Below are positions 50,901 through 60,375 of a stretch of 64,000 nt of DNA, piece after piece. The notes under the pieces are model-generated. The model saw only the letters and a list, made by a program, of their open reading frames with translations, was not told the origin of the DNA and did not search any database. The stretch is from a virus. Position 1 is the stretch's first letter. Each line of letters starts with the position of its first letter. A program made the position numbers and the translations under genes. The stretch lies in IMG/VR virus record IMGVR_UViG_2922727739_000003, positions 89,210-153,209 of that record. One strand, given 5' to 3'.

Positions 50901-52338
50901 ACGGCTACAAGATCTAACGTTGAAGAACCTTGAGTATAACAACGCTATCTACTCCATTAAATCTGCTGCTGCTGATAAGATTATTGAAGCATACAAGAAA
51001 CAGATTGAGAAACAGAAGGATTTAGCTTTAAAGGCTATCGATAAACAAAAAGAAGCTGAAGATAAGCGGCATGAACAGGTTGTCGATAACTTAGATGACG
51101 AAGCAAAACGATTTGAAGATATGATAAATGCTCGTCTAAAGGCAATGAATCGGAATAATGAAGCCGAAGATTATGAAAAAGAACTCAAGAAAAAACTAGA
51201 TGAACGTCAGAAATTACAGGATAGATACAACAAAGAGCTTTTAGACAATTCATTTGAAGCTAAAGCAAGACGAAAAGAGTTACAAGAACAAATCGACGCT
51301 AAGAATGAAGAAATTGACAAATTTAAACTTGATCGTGAGCGAGAACTTCGTCAGGAAAATTTGCAGGATCAGCTTGAAGATCGAAAAAAATATTTGGATA
51401 AGGCAAAAGATGCTGAAGATAAAACGCACGACTCTATTACTGGCAACATTGATAAAGAAAAAGAGTTAACTGAACAGAAATACGATGACATCCTTGAAGA
51501 TGAGCAGCGCTTCTATAAGATGAAACAGGATCTTATGAGCGATGATAAAACAAAGGTTAAGTCTGTTATTGATGAATTGAAAGGTGAGTACTCGAAGTTC
51601 TTTACCTTACTTCAAGAGCAATCGTTAGAAACAAGCAAGCAAATGCAAAATATGCTGGACAGTCTTTCGATGGATCAGGGCAAACTTGACGACTTCTTGA
51701 ATTTAGATAGTGGAATCGGCAATAACACGGGCATTGGAGCTGGCGATGGAAACGGAAATGGTTCAGGTAACGGCAGCAACAAGGAAAAAGAAAAAGGAGA
51801 TTGGCAGAAATACCTTTCCAACAAGCAAAAGGCTGAAAATATTTCTAAGCAAGTCGTTCAATTACAACGTGAAAAGAAACCAGACACTAATAAAATTAAA
51901 AGTCTTCAAGCACAATTTCAGTCTCTTAAAGCTGAAAATGATGCAATGCGCTCAAGATGGGGGTTCCCAGACGGCTCCTATGATTATCTGATTAAACAGA
52001 AATTATTTAGTGCTGATACTGGCGGCATGACCCCTTCTTTCTCTGGTGGAAAGTTCTTGATGGCTCATGAAAAGGAACTAGTACTAAATAAAACAGATAC
52101 ATCAAATATGCTGAAGCTGGTTGATATTACACGAAGTATTGTTGATAAGATAAAAGGCGGTTTTGATTATGCTAAAAGCGTTGTTACTAATTCTAATACA
52201 GACAATAGTACTTCCTCTAAGATAATCAATTATCTTAATATTACTATGCCTTCAACTGGTAATAAGCGTGATGATAACAACAATACTAAATTGTTAATTG
52301 AGAATTTAGAACGTAATGGAGTTAAATTAAGATTTTAG
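44989..52338 (+). CDS. Tape measure protein with NlpC/P60 and lytic transglycosylase domains (YomI/CwlP-like)
   Basis: TP901-type core; DCSLFV...HVGVYMG (NlpC/P60); AIIQQESG...AMYNMG (SLT); long coiled coils. Confidence 0.92.
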   Translation: MADMRILISAGLNVGKSIGDVNASIKALSKHPSLQKLDLKINVDQSFVKSIQGFIDATKKLNVAMEQQNRVVKETQDVYKNLDGTVKQVTQQVLKNGEVIEKSKTVHDANKKAVNDESKSLQDQIRTLKQLEKELEGYTLAKTRANKNKLGETNSTTNTYKNDSGQQISVKLDQQGNVKNYSEINEILKQQQAALKSAETMDRAHYDALKSNKQRIEAMDKLHYQALQRNREIDKRNQEQSLKAAESLDRAHYQALKSNSERQIAQEKQHALALQQNAKRDQQYAQSVANTQQKINDARSKFSGNTQAQNSLAELENRLKGIRNIGDFKSPLGNLNNDLKRTVQGFNEASKSSETFGSSIQGILKSMIMWSAVTAAIYAPINAFKEGIQHIYELDKAMTNLKKVTDETNEMYQQVISNSSKTANEIGGLTLDVINSTTEWARLGYTIQQSQQLAKQTLVYQNVGDITNAQEASKQLISSIKGFGIEVDNEGKNIQHVVDVYNEVGNKFAISTEGIGQAVQRSASSLSSAGNTIEQSVALITAANSTVQDPAKVGNALKTLSMRLRGVGEDGEAIDGLVPKLEKKFQSLGLTLKKDDKTFKSTYEIFDDLSKIWKNLSDIQQADILELVAGKMQGNIAASMISNWKDAQASLEAGINSFGSASKENETYLASLEGRIHTFTNAVSAFWEHSISASFLKGVVDLGTTLINVLGKVSSTIGFLPTVVGAVTLAFMLFSKTGLTPLYTMLLSIPAKINLMKASLQSLIATNGLASASLKILGTSFAALGRTIAPLAIITGVTWALTELFSWISKSNEAAREARTINYDTVNSYREQKKSIEDLSQEMSTLQEAESNQTINTDQKKRLLEIQVMLVEQYGVAANKINAEGKAYTDSVEAINTRTEALQKQIEAENSLNRSKLAGQDNESTTKIKDSKEEVEEYQKKIDTTKKQIELLKKDLESGKLSPDTKINTSDILKKYGDLATSDSIFGKDLDQLQYSAKGLLEQYNRTDAELQGKMSESNGKLYEALSGRIKVLQDSTTQYISELTDKGKTVSDSQRAFVQEMVKSIAGNSSSLNVQENQIHQVVDSLNNSNIEGLIQKYQKLSDAFKLDPSTQNNNEILKVRNDISALLETVTNGVPMFGDYKESVMAMFPAFSMADVAAQQFAKTSGQIESLQKSLQSAYKDTTSEIKDLNKVMADISKGNALNADQVAELIVKYPSLAGHIKKVADGWTIEKSAIQALQKAKITETKYTLEQEKTKTTQLLQATLNRLKIYDIEVNALDQIANKQKAIDELNSKKIPTSDGMNVKAPSILPGLNPIMDGYLPKLAQEHNKLIDETKSQVETVSDLYKQLNDLGKLFDDPNYGVSTESKKKNDQYNDSMSQTNEILTETQKKLKAVEAAQDALNSKKSRLKKGSEEYGKALKEEIKLLEKQAALLTEGIKDPSKLVSTKVTTTTKGGTGLDSMISEALSLSSSKTFKYSQAAKSNVSYDQFTATAVSDCSLFVQQMFKEFLDIKLPRTTQEQVKQGQAVTNKKDLQKGDLVFFNTVKGKANSHVGVYMGDGNFMQMGNSGLKQGNLNDKYWADKYSGARRIPGANAIPEVQPPSTSTSTKVTGKNADLINKYAGANGVDPALIKAIIQQESGNGAKGIKNVMQVSSLGKNASVESSIKTGTSMFAKYLNQTGNVEVALAMYNMGPGILDYFNKNGGYSVENMKKFSALQKQKTGSKVYGDTNYVSNVLRYYDGDTSSVSGGKSKNKYTLPSASDMDKAQADAREQRTTTYDNIYKARIDYIDNYVTIGQNKLDALDADIAKSQGRQAKYDQVSANWRKEESSQIKSLTAQQKELVSQNINLDNLVKQNKITSGEFDKQKSSNSTKWWELEQQKQEKYYAIIVSNLDEYEKKINAAADKIALSKARMESLDENSKAYQQELITQIGLINEQRVATEKEILAVERQLKNEKLNLQNKEELSKRLQDLTLKNLEYNNAIYSIKSAAADKIIEAYKKQIEKQKDLALKAIDKQKEAEDKRHEQVVDNLDDEAKRFEDMINARLKAMNRNNEAEDYEKELKKKLDERQKLQDRYNKELLDNSFEAKARRKELQEQIDAKNEEIDKFKLDRERELRQENLQDQLEDRKKYLDKAKDAEDKTHDSITGNIDKEKELTEQKYDDILEDEQRFYKMKQDLMSDDKTKVKSVIDELKGEYSKFFTLLQEQSLETSKQMQNMLDSLSMDQGKLDDFLNLDSGIGNNTGIGAGDGNGNGSGNGSNKEKEKGDWQKYLSNKQKAENISKQVVQLQREKKPDTNKIKSLQAQFQSLKAENDAMRSRWGFPDGSYDYLIKQKLFSADTGGMTPSFSGGKFLMAHEKELVLNKTDTSNMLKLVDITRSIVDKIKGGFDYAKSVVTNSNTDNSTSSKIINYLNITMPSTGNKRDDNNNTKLLIENLERNGVKLRF

Positions 52339-52398
52339 CATACAAGAGGGTTGGGGTATCTCTCCCCTTCTCTTTTCTTTGTGAGAAAGGGTGATAGC

Positions 52399-55300
52399 TT
52401 GATTGGAGATATAGATTACACATTAAGGCCAATTCAACCACAGTACTTTTTATGTAAGCCGGACAGAGAAATTATAGGGAAAATTAGTGAAGCGTTCGAT
52501 GATAAAAAAACGTTGAAAATCAATGAGGTATCAACACTAGAACTGACGATACCTTTCTCACTGGATGTAAATCATAGATGGCTAAAGAATAAAAACATTG
52601 ATAATATTCTGGAAAGATATCTTATTAAAGTTGTGGAAGGTTACAAAATTGAATGGTTTATCATTAAAGAAGTTGTAGATCAATCAACAGAAGATAATGA
52701 CATAAAAACAGTAAAATGCAACTCTTTGAGCGAGGAATTGGCTGATAAATCCATAAAGACCTATGAAGCTGTTTCTTATCATGCCAAACAAGTTATGGAT
52801 GATATCCTCGCAAATACTATTTGGAATATTGGATCTATTGATGTAGATTTTCAACTTACATATAGAACTTTTAATTTTACCAGTACTACAGTGCTTGATG
52901 CGATCTACACTGTAGCAGAAACATATAATGCTATTGTTCGCTTTGATACCAATAAACGCACAGTTGATTTGATTAAACCTGAATTGTTTGGTAACAATCT
53001 GGGTCTAACATTTAGTTATAGTAAGTATTTAAAAGAAATGAACATTACTTCAGATGTAAAAAGTATCGTCACTAGATTAAAAGCATTTGGTCAGGACGAC
53101 ATGGGAATTCAAAATGTTAATCCTACAGGACAGAATTATATTGAAGATTTTTCATATTGGATTTATCCTTTTAAGCGAGACAAAAACAGAACTGTAATAC
53201 AGTCTAGCTATTATTTGAGCGATTCGCTTTGTCATGCCCTTCTCGATTATGCGGAATTACTGAAATCGAAAAAAGGTTTGTATGATAGCTATCTTAAGGA
53301 ACGTCAAGGTTATGAGAAAATACTAAACCAGCTAAACGTAGAATTGAATAAGTTGTTAAATGACAACTCTGTTTTAGGAGAACTACAAATAACTCAGCAG
53401 TTTGATGGGAAGATGTTCTTTGAAAAGTATCAACATAGTGGGAACAGTTCACGGACTTTTGAATTGAATGTAAAGCTTGGCTATGCAGTTATGATTAAAG
53501 TGGATAATGCCAATGGCGTAAATGTTAGCATCGATGGCTCAAATAAAACTATTCAATCAGGTAAATGGATTCTACTTGATAAATTTATGTCTAAGAGCAG
53601 TACAACTATTAGTGTTTCTGGCGGTACTGCACAGGTATTCATGCAAGTCGCTTTTATTTCTAAAGAGGAATTAGAAAGTTCAAACAATTCTGAAGCAATT
53701 ATTGATAAGTATAATTATGATAACAAAGAGAATCAAATTAGATTCAAGAAAGAAGAAATTCAGACTGTTGAGGACAAGATAGCCGATGTAAAAAAGAGAA
53801 TTAGTATACTTCAACACGAAACAAGTGAAAGTGTTAACTTCACAAATGAGCACCTAAAAGAGTTGAACCCATTTGTAATAGAACGTGAATTTTCAGATTC
53901 AAAATACATAGACGAAGAAGACTTACTAAAAGCGGCACAGGAAAAGTTTAAAGAATTACAAGTACCTCAATTAAATATGAGCATTAGTGTCGTAAACTTT
54001 CTAGAAATAATCGAGTCTCAGCATGACTGGGAGAAGTTGAATCTTGGAGACTTTGTTAATGTTAAGTATGAACCTATCGGTGTCAATGTTACGGCGCGTA
54101 TAACTGAAATTACATATGACTATAAAAATTCTGATATTAGTTTAGTTGTCGCCAATGTTAAAAAGGTTAGTGATGAAAATAAGAGATTAGAGCAATATTT
54201 GAAAAATGCTAATGCAACCTCTGTCATAGTAGACACGAAGAAGAACAAATGGGGTCAAGCCGTTGTAGACTCTAATGATATAATGAAACAATTTGAGGAT
54301 TTTAGAAATAAAATTACTAATGAGATTAATATAGCAAGTAATGAATACGTCGATCTTTCAAGGAAAGGGTTGACTATTACTGACCCAAACGATCCACTTA
54401 AGTTTTTACGGGCAACGCACGGTATACTAGCCATGACGGACAATGGCGGCTTGTCTTACCGTACAGCCATAACCCCGACGCATATCGTCGCCGACAATGT
54501 GTGGGGCAAGCTTTTTGTAGGTGAACGACTTACATTAGGTGATATTGATGGACTGCTAGAAATCACAGGTCCAAAATTTATGATATTTGACCGTTGCCAC
54601 AGAGAAGTTCAGCGCATTGGTTTGCTTAGTACTAATCCAGACAGATTTGGTATGACTATAAATCGATTTGAAGAGCCAAATGTATGTGGGAATGAGAAAA
54701 TATTAAATAAGTTTACATTTGATAATGTAGATGGTTTTAAGCTAGAGCGCAATCGTAATGGCACTTTTGAAAAGACACTGTATACTTCTCCCGATGGCGA
54801 TTTGTTTATGAAGGGTAACTTCCAAGCTGGAGAAGGAGAGCGAGTATTTAGGATTGATAAGGACGGTTTGGCATTAGGCTCCTCAAATTGGTCTTCAGCT
54901 CCGTTTCACGCAGATTACCTTGGTAATGTATGGATGAGTATGCTCCATGCCGTGAATGCCGATATTAGTGATTCAGTTGTTGTCGATAGTAAGTTTCAGG
55001 TTGGTAGTGGTAATAGTGTAGTAGTGATTGATAGACAGGGCCTCAGACTTGGGAATGAAAACATAGAATTGGCAAATGCTGCTATTTATATGGACGGTCG
55101 CGCTAGATTTAGGAACATTCTGCTTACTAAACCCGATGGGAGATTTCTGGCAGATACAAATAATGGCAAATTCGATCTCAATGGGTGGGATCTGATTGGT
55201 GCCGGGATGATTGATACCCAATTGCTGGCAGCTAATATAGTTACCGCCACAGAGGGCTTTGTAAGCTCGCTTGTAGCGGGTAAACTATCGACTTTAACAA

Positions 55301-55854
55301 ATGCTGCTCTTACTGATTGGTCGAACTACATTCGAATAGAAAGTAACGAAGCAAAATGGATCACTGGGAAAGTCAATGGTGCTGGCACACAAAAGAAATT
55401 GGCTGATGGCAGAGCTTTGTATTGGAAAAACTCAACTCAATCTGGAGAAATGACCGTAGATGAAACTGAATGGCCTGTCTTGGAATATAGTATGGAAGAA
55501 AAAGTAAAAGCTAAGTTTTCATTTGATGGTTCTGGCGATGCTGCAACTCCATATATCCAAATGGGTATTGGTGATGGAGCAACTGAGAAAAGCGGCAAAG
55601 GTTTTATAAATAAACCTAATGGTTCTTTTGATTTTTTGTATGGAGCAAGCAACACCGGAAAAGAAAGAAGTTTGAAGTTGACAGATGAAGGTATTCTTTT
55701 AAAATCTGACTCGGGGAAATTTAACGTTCTCAGCAAAGATGTAAACATCATCGGTGACCAAGGAGAAATCAAAATCTCCAACGGCAAAGCATCAATCGTC
55801 CTCTCTGCTGATGGCAAAATAACCTTCAACGGTACTCGCTACGACTTCATGTAA
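52399..55854 (+). CDS. Tail tip/baseplate hub-spike protein (YomG-like)
   Basis: TTG start after GGGTG; TRLKAFG, NPTGQNYIEDFSY, KLNLGDFV; beta-repeat C-terminus. Confidence 0.8.
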   Translation: MIGDIDYTLRPIQPQYFLCKPDREIIGKISEAFDDKKTLKINEVSTLELTIPFSLDVNHRWLKNKNIDNILERYLIKVVEGYKIEWFIIKEVVDQSTEDNDIKTVKCNSLSEELADKSIKTYEAVSYHAKQVMDDILANTIWNIGSIDVDFQLTYRTFNFTSTTVLDAIYTVAETYNAIVRFDTNKRTVDLIKPELFGNNLGLTFSYSKYLKEMNITSDVKSIVTRLKAFGQDDMGIQNVNPTGQNYIEDFSYWIYPFKRDKNRTVIQSSYYLSDSLCHALLDYAELLKSKKGLYDSYLKERQGYEKILNQLNVELNKLLNDNSVLGELQITQQFDGKMFFEKYQHSGNSSRTFELNVKLGYAVMIKVDNANGVNVSIDGSNKTIQSGKWILLDKFMSKSSTTISVSGGTAQVFMQVAFISKEELESSNNSEAIIDKYNYDNKENQIRFKKEEIQTVEDKIADVKKRISILQHETSESVNFTNEHLKELNPFVIEREFSDSKYIDEEDLLKAAQEKFKELQVPQLNMSISVVNFLEIIESQHDWEKLNLGDFVNVKYEPIGVNVTARITEITYDYKNSDISLVVANVKKVSDENKRLEQYLKNANATSVIVDTKKNKWGQAVVDSNDIMKQFEDFRNKITNEINIASNEYVDLSRKGLTITDPNDPLKFLRATHGILAMTDNGGLSYRTAITPTHIVADNVWGKLFVGERLTLGDIDGLLEITGPKFMIFDRCHREVQRIGLLSTNPDRFGMTINRFEEPNVCGNEKILNKFTFDNVDGFKLERNRNGTFEKTLYTSPDGDLFMKGNFQAGEGERVFRIDKDGLALGSSNWSSAPFHADYLGNVWMSMLHAVNADISDSVVVDSKFQVGSGNSVVVIDRQGLRLGNENIELANAAIYMDGRARFRNILLTKPDGRFLADTNNGKFDLNGWDLIGAGMIDTQLLAANIVTATEGFVSSLVAGKLSTLTNAALTDWSNYIRIESNEAKWITGKVNGAGTQKKLADGRALYWKNSTQSGEMTVDETEWPVLEYSMEEKVKAKFSFDGSGDAATPYIQMGIGDGATEKSGKGFINKPNGSFDFLYGASNTGKERSLKLTDEGILLKSDSGKFNVLSKDVNIIGDQGEIKISNGKASIVLSADGKITFNGTRYDFM

Positions 55855-55864
55855 CTTGTAGCTT

Positions 55865-55937
55865 CCGTGACACACCCTGACACACGCTGACTCATCGTGA
55901 CATATTCTGGATGGACGTGACACGTGCTACGTGATAC
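55865..55937. repeat. 10-bp periodic TGACAC-like repeats
   Basis: ccgtgacaca ccctgacaca cgctgactca tcgtgacata, then cgtgacacg and cgtgatac. Confidence 0.65.
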
Positions 55938-56065
55938 AATTAATGTACAATAAAAAAGGTTTTATATATTTATTGAACATATTTTCTTGTTTTCTATCAT
56001 ATAAATCTTCTATCTTAATCAACAGGAGATGATTTAATATGAACAAGAAAAAAGGAGGAAAAAAA

Positions 56066-56206
56066 ATGAATTCTACCTTGGATAGAGATATGTCACCTTC
56101 CGAATCTCTTAGACAGTCACTTAAAGAAATGAAACTTATAAGACAAGGTAAAATGCAAGCCAAATCTTGGAGAGAACTACGTAAAGAACTAAAAGACGAA
56201 AAGTAA
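56066..56206 (+). CDS. Putative antitoxin (46 aa, not in ORF track)
   Basis: MNSTLDRDMSPSESLRQSLKEMKLIRQGKMQAKSWRELRKELKDEK; GGAGG RBS; directly upstream of a RelE-like toxin. Confidence 0.7.
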   Translation: MNSTLDRDMSPSESLRQSLKEMKLIRQGKMQAKSWRELRKELKDEK

Positions 56207-56224
56207 TATGAAAGAGGTCTTCCA

Positions 56225-56581
56225 GTGTATGAGATAAAAGTGACGGATCGATTTGAAAAGGACATTAAGTATTATAAAAGAAAGAAAAAATACACAAACA
56301 TTGATGATGACTTGGACGAAATAATATCTGAACTAGAAAATGGCAATTTTGTTGGAGATGAAATACCTAATCTAAATATTCCGATCAACGAACATTCCTA
56401 TAAAGTCAGGGCAGTAAATTCAAACACCAAAGTAGGTAAGTCAAATGGATATAGACTTATTTATTATGTAATCAAAGACGACTTTACCATCTTTCTTTTG
56501 ACTGTGTACTATAAAAAAGACAAAGAGAATATTACGAATGAAGAAATCGAATCGCTAATTAAGGAATACGCAACTACATAA
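56225..56581 (+). CDS. RelE/ParE (HigB-like) type II toxin
   Basis: TDRFEKDIK...YKVRAVNS...GKSNGYRLIYY...LLTVYYKKDKENI. Confidence 0.85.
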   Translation: MYEIKVTDRFEKDIKYYKRKKKYTNIDDDLDEIISELENGNFVGDEIPNLNIPINEHSYKVRAVNSNTKVGKSNGYRLIYYVIKDDFTIFLLTVYYKKDKENITNEEIESLIKEYATT

Positions 56582-56707
56582 TCTGCTTTAGTCACTCTTC
56601 ACAGGGTGGCTTTTTATTTTTCCTATAAACTTCCACTCCCTCCTATCCGATATATATTGTAAGTATGTGTAAAATCATATGCTAATCGAATAACTGGAGG
56701 ATATACA

Positions 56708-57442
56708 ATGAAAAAACGGATTCCAACGTTCCTCGCTGGCGCAATATTTGGTGTTGCGGTAGCTGTTAGTGGCGTAGCAGGAGCAAGTACATATTTAAAA
56801 GCAACATTGACACCTACAAAGATTGTGGTCAATGGACAAGAAGCTAAGTTAAACGATAGTCCTGTCAATGTGAATGGTAAAGCATATTTACCTCTCAGAG
56901 ATACAGCAAGTGCAATGGGATATAATGTAGCAAGTGCTAGTGGCGGTAAGATTGAGTTGGTGAAAAGCAATGGAACAACATCTACCCCCTCCTCTGCCCT
57001 ATCAGCTACAACAACCACAAAAAGTGAGCCAGCAACAACAGCGGTTAAGCAAGGAGGTAAAACCTTTAACGTGGAGCAATACACAAAAGGAGATAAATTG
57101 GATAGTGAGAAGATTGCAGCAGCCATTGCTTCTGGTGAGTTGACGATTAATTCACAGGATGCAAACGGCGATTCAATTTTGCACTGGGTAATTCGTAAGA
57201 ATGATTATGCGACATACCTTGTGATCAAGAAAAATGCATTGAACGTGAATATTTTAAACAATAAAAAACAAAGTCCTTTGCACGAAACAATTATTGATAA
57301 AAACAATTTCTATCAAGGCGAATTAACAGGTTTGACTTATAAAGCAAACCCAAAACTAAAAGATGCTGATGGAAAAATGCCAATTGATTACGCCGCGCCG
57401 AATTCCACAGAGCGAGATTCATTGAAGATATACATGATGTAA
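56708..57442 (+). CDS. Secreted stalk-domain (copper amine oxidase N-terminal-like) + ankyrin-repeat protein
   Basis: Signal peptide; VNGKAYLPLRD; QDANGDSILHW, QSPLHE and DGKMPID ankyrin repeats. Confidence 0.75.
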   Translation: MKKRIPTFLAGAIFGVAVAVSGVAGASTYLKATLTPTKIVVNGQEAKLNDSPVNVNGKAYLPLRDTASAMGYNVASASGGKIELVKSNGTTSTPSSALSATTTTKSEPATTAVKQGGKTFNVEQYTKGDKLDSEKIAAAIASGELTINSQDANGDSILHWVIRKNDYATYLVIKKNALNVNILNNKKQSPLHETIIDKNNFYQGELTGLTYKANPKLKDADGKMPIDYAAPNSTERDSLKIYMM

Positions 57443-57514
57443 TTAAAGTGAATATGTAGGTAAATGAAAGAGCCTAATTATAGGCTCTTTTCTTATTTTT
57501 GCTTCAATATAAAA

Positions 57515-57679
57515 TTATTTCTCAGTATTTTTCTTTTCCAAACCTATTTCAATTAATTTTCTAATTGCCTCTGAACGGTTTTTTAATTTGTTTTCATGCC
57601 AGAATAGTTCAACTTCATCAAGTAAATCATTTGGAAAAGTCACAAGAACTTGAGTGTTCTTGTCTTTATCGATAGCCAC
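57515..57679 (-). CDS. Ribbon-helix-helix (CopG-like) regulator, 54 aa (not in ORF track)
   Basis: MAIDKDKNTQVLVTFPNDLLDEVELFWHENKLKNRSEAIRKLIEIGL; GGAGGTG RBS. Confidence 0.8.
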   Translation of the reverse strand: MAIDKDKNTQVLVTFPNDLLDEVELFWHENKLKNRSEAIRKLIEIGLEKKNTEK

Positions 57680-57795
57680 GTAAGCACACCTCCAACATAA
57701 GGATTATAAGTTATACATCTTATATTGACAACAAACAATATCATAGTTATATTAGTTATATAACCTATATAACTAATCAATAAGGATCTGATGAA

Positions 57796-59331
57796 ATGGC
57801 TAAAAAACTTAGCACTGAGGATGTTAAACAAAGAGTAAAAGAAGCAACTAATTCGGAATACAGTTTGGTTGGTGCATATACAGGAGCTTTTGATAAAGTT
57901 TCTGTTTTACATCATAAGTGTGGAAATATTCAACGGGTAAGATTAGGGCATTTTATTGACGGTAGGCGTTGCCCTATATGCAAAAAATCAAACAGAAAAA
58001 CAAATGAAACTTTCAAAAAAGAAGTATATGAACTAACAGGAAGGCATTATATCTTTCTTGAAGAGTATGTGACCAGTGAACATAAAATAAAAGTAAAACA
58101 TATGGATTGTGGTCACATTTATGTAGTGAAACCAGCAAACTTTTTGTCTGGTAAGAGATGCCCTAAGTGTGCCAAAAATATACCTCTTACTACAGACACT
58201 TTTAAAGAGCAGATATTCGATAAAGTAGGAAATGAATATGAATTAATGGATGATATTATTAATAGTCAAACAAAAGTCAAAATCAAACATAACACATGTG
58301 GAAATATAATCCACATAGCACCTACGGTGTTTAACTCTGGAACACGGTGTAGTCACTGCCATGGTGGTGTTAAATACCACACAACAGACACATTTAAAAA
58401 GTATGTTAGAGATAAGACTCACGGTGAATATGATGTTCTGGGGGACTACAAAAATGCTAGAACAAATATAAAGTTTATCCATAATGGATGCCATAAGGAA
58501 TACGTTACAGAACCTCAGAATTTTATAGCAGGGAAACGTTGTCCTCATTGCTTTGGTAAAATAAAAAAGACTACCAATGAATTTAAAAAAGAAGTATTTG
58601 CATTAGTTGAAAATGAGTATTCCGTACTAGGAGAATACTTAAATAATAATATTAAAGTAAAAATGAGACACAACACTTGCTTACATGAATATTCGGTAGC
58701 TCCTGCTAGCTTCCTTGGTACTAAAAATAGAAATGGGAGCCGATGTCCTAATTGTTTCAAGAATGAAAAGAAAACCACAGAAGAATTTAGAGAAGAGTTA
58801 TTTAATACTGTTGGGGATGACTATCAAGTTATAGGAGAATATCTCGGTGCAAATACTAAAATCGATGTACTTCATATTCCATGCGGAAGAACTTATAGAC
58901 CTACTCCTTCTAACTTAATTAGGGGCGATAGTAGATGTCCATGTATCAATGAAAAAAAAGGAGAAGCCAAAATAGCAGACTATCTTTCTTCTAGTACACT
59001 TAAATTCATTAGGCAGTATTCAAATCCTAATTGTAAGCACAAAATTGCTCTTCGCTTTGATTTTGCCATATTTGACGGTCACAATAAACCTATCTGTCTA
59101 ATAGAATTCGATGGTAAGCAACACTACGAACCCATAGAATACTTTGGTGGCATAAAAACATTCAAACTCCAACAAAAAAGAGATAAAATCAAAGACAACT
59201 ACTGCAAGTCACATAACATCCCGTTAATACGCATACCCTATTGGGATTATGACAACATAGAATCAATACTAAACGAAAAACTCACCCAACTAAATATCTT
59301 ACCTGTCCCTGTCTCCCCTGCTCTATCTTAA
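57796..59331 (+). CDS. Zinc-ribbon repeat protein with C-terminal PD-(D/E)xK/DUF2726-like endonuclease
   Basis: About six H-x2-CG...RCPxC repeats; LRFDF, IEFDGKQHY, IRIPYW. Confidence 0.82.
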   Translation: MAKKLSTEDVKQRVKEATNSEYSLVGAYTGAFDKVSVLHHKCGNIQRVRLGHFIDGRRCPICKKSNRKTNETFKKEVYELTGRHYIFLEEYVTSEHKIKVKHMDCGHIYVVKPANFLSGKRCPKCAKNIPLTTDTFKEQIFDKVGNEYELMDDIINSQTKVKIKHNTCGNIIHIAPTVFNSGTRCSHCHGGVKYHTTDTFKKYVRDKTHGEYDVLGDYKNARTNIKFIHNGCHKEYVTEPQNFIAGKRCPHCFGKIKKTTNEFKKEVFALVENEYSVLGEYLNNNIKVKMRHNTCLHEYSVAPASFLGTKNRNGSRCPNCFKNEKKTTEEFREELFNTVGDDYQVIGEYLGANTKIDVLHIPCGRTYRPTPSNLIRGDSRCPCINEKKGEAKIADYLSSSTLKFIRQYSNPNCKHKIALRFDFAIFDGHNKPICLIEFDGKQHYEPIEYFGGIKTFKLQQKRDKIKDNYCKSHNIPLIRIPYWDYDNIESILNEKLTQLNILPVPVSPALS

Positions 59332-59356
59332 TCCAAATATAAAGGAGAAGATACAT

Positions 59357-59791
59357 ATGTCAATCGTAAATGTTGTTGCTGTACAAACTCGGGAAGTTCC
59401 TTATCATCCTAACTTAACATTGGAACAGCTCTGCTACTTTCTCGATATCTCACCTAAAGCAACGATCATTATCGACTCAATGAAGTTTATGCTCAACACA
59501 GTCGCACGCCTTAATGAGTTTCTTGAACGTAAAACACCTGATATTAGCGAACTGTCCCTTCTCGCTCTAATGAGGAAAGAACGTATTGATTCACAGGGTT
59601 ACACTGACAATGCAACATTTGCTTATGATTATTATCGTGATAAGCAAACAGCTTTGGAGAAATTGTTTCAAGAGCCTATGGAGTCATTCAAACTCAATCG
59701 TTTCAAAACGGATGATCCCGAACTTATTTATGACACATATGTATCAAGAGGTAAATATTCAACATCGCTAGAGGTTGCTTTGTTTATTTAG
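59357..59791 (+). CDS. Hypothetical protein
   Basis: AAAGGAG RBS. Confidence 0.7.
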   Translation: MSIVNVVAVQTREVPYHPNLTLEQLCYFLDISPKATIIIDSMKFMLNTVARLNEFLERKTPDISELSLLALMRKERIDSQGYTDNATFAYDYYRDKQTALEKLFQEPMESFKLNRFKTDDPELIYDTYVSRGKYSTSLEVALFI

Positions 59792-59878
59792 TCCCACTTC
59801 TCATCTCTCTCATAATACTATAGACCTATTACCCAAGACATGGTAAACTATTGGTATAATTTGAGAGGTGGATTAAAA

Positions 59879-60154
59879 ATGAATAACAATCAGACAAGTA
59901 TTGTAATTAAGTGGATTGGATTGATTTGCACTATCATTTCGGTGCTATTGATTATCTTTAGCACATTAAAAGATGGAGTAACTTGGGATGTTAGTCTAAG
60001 TATGTATAGTGGTATGTTCTTTGGTGAACTGTCTCTAATGGGAATTTCAGAAATTATCAGATTAATTCAGAGCATTAAAGATAAATATGTTGGCTTAGAT
60101 GAGAATCATCCTGACTATAAGCAAAGCGCTGATTTGAATAACAAGCAAGTATAG
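59879..60154 (+). CDS. Small two-helix membrane protein
   Basis: GAGGTGG RBS; TGGTATAAT extended -10. Confidence 0.65.
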   Translation: MNNNQTSIVIKWIGLICTIISVLLIIFSTLKDGVTWDVSLSMYSGMFFGELSLMGISEIIRLIQSIKDKYVGLDENHPDYKQSADLNNKQV

Positions 60155-60261
60155 TTTGCATTGTTTCTTTCTCTCTATTGCAACAATATGGTATAATATC
60201 CCTAACAACAGAATGGCTTAGATGGGCGGTCGGCTAGTCTCCTGCAAAGGAGGTGATGCCT

Positions 60262-60375
60262 GTGGAGGTTAAAGATGCTCTAACATTAATGATGATGTTC
60301 GGTACGCTGATTGTAGCGTTGATCGGATTGATCGTCACAATTGTTATTGCATTGAACCAAAACAAACGAAAATAG
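60262..60375 (+). CDS. Holin-like type I toxin (37 aa)
   Basis: MEVKDALTLMMMFGTLIVALIGLIVTIVIALNQNKRK; AAAGGAGGTG RBS; terminator at 60456-60492. Confidence 0.85.
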   Translation: MEVKDALTLMMMFGTLIVALIGLIVTIVIALNQNKRK

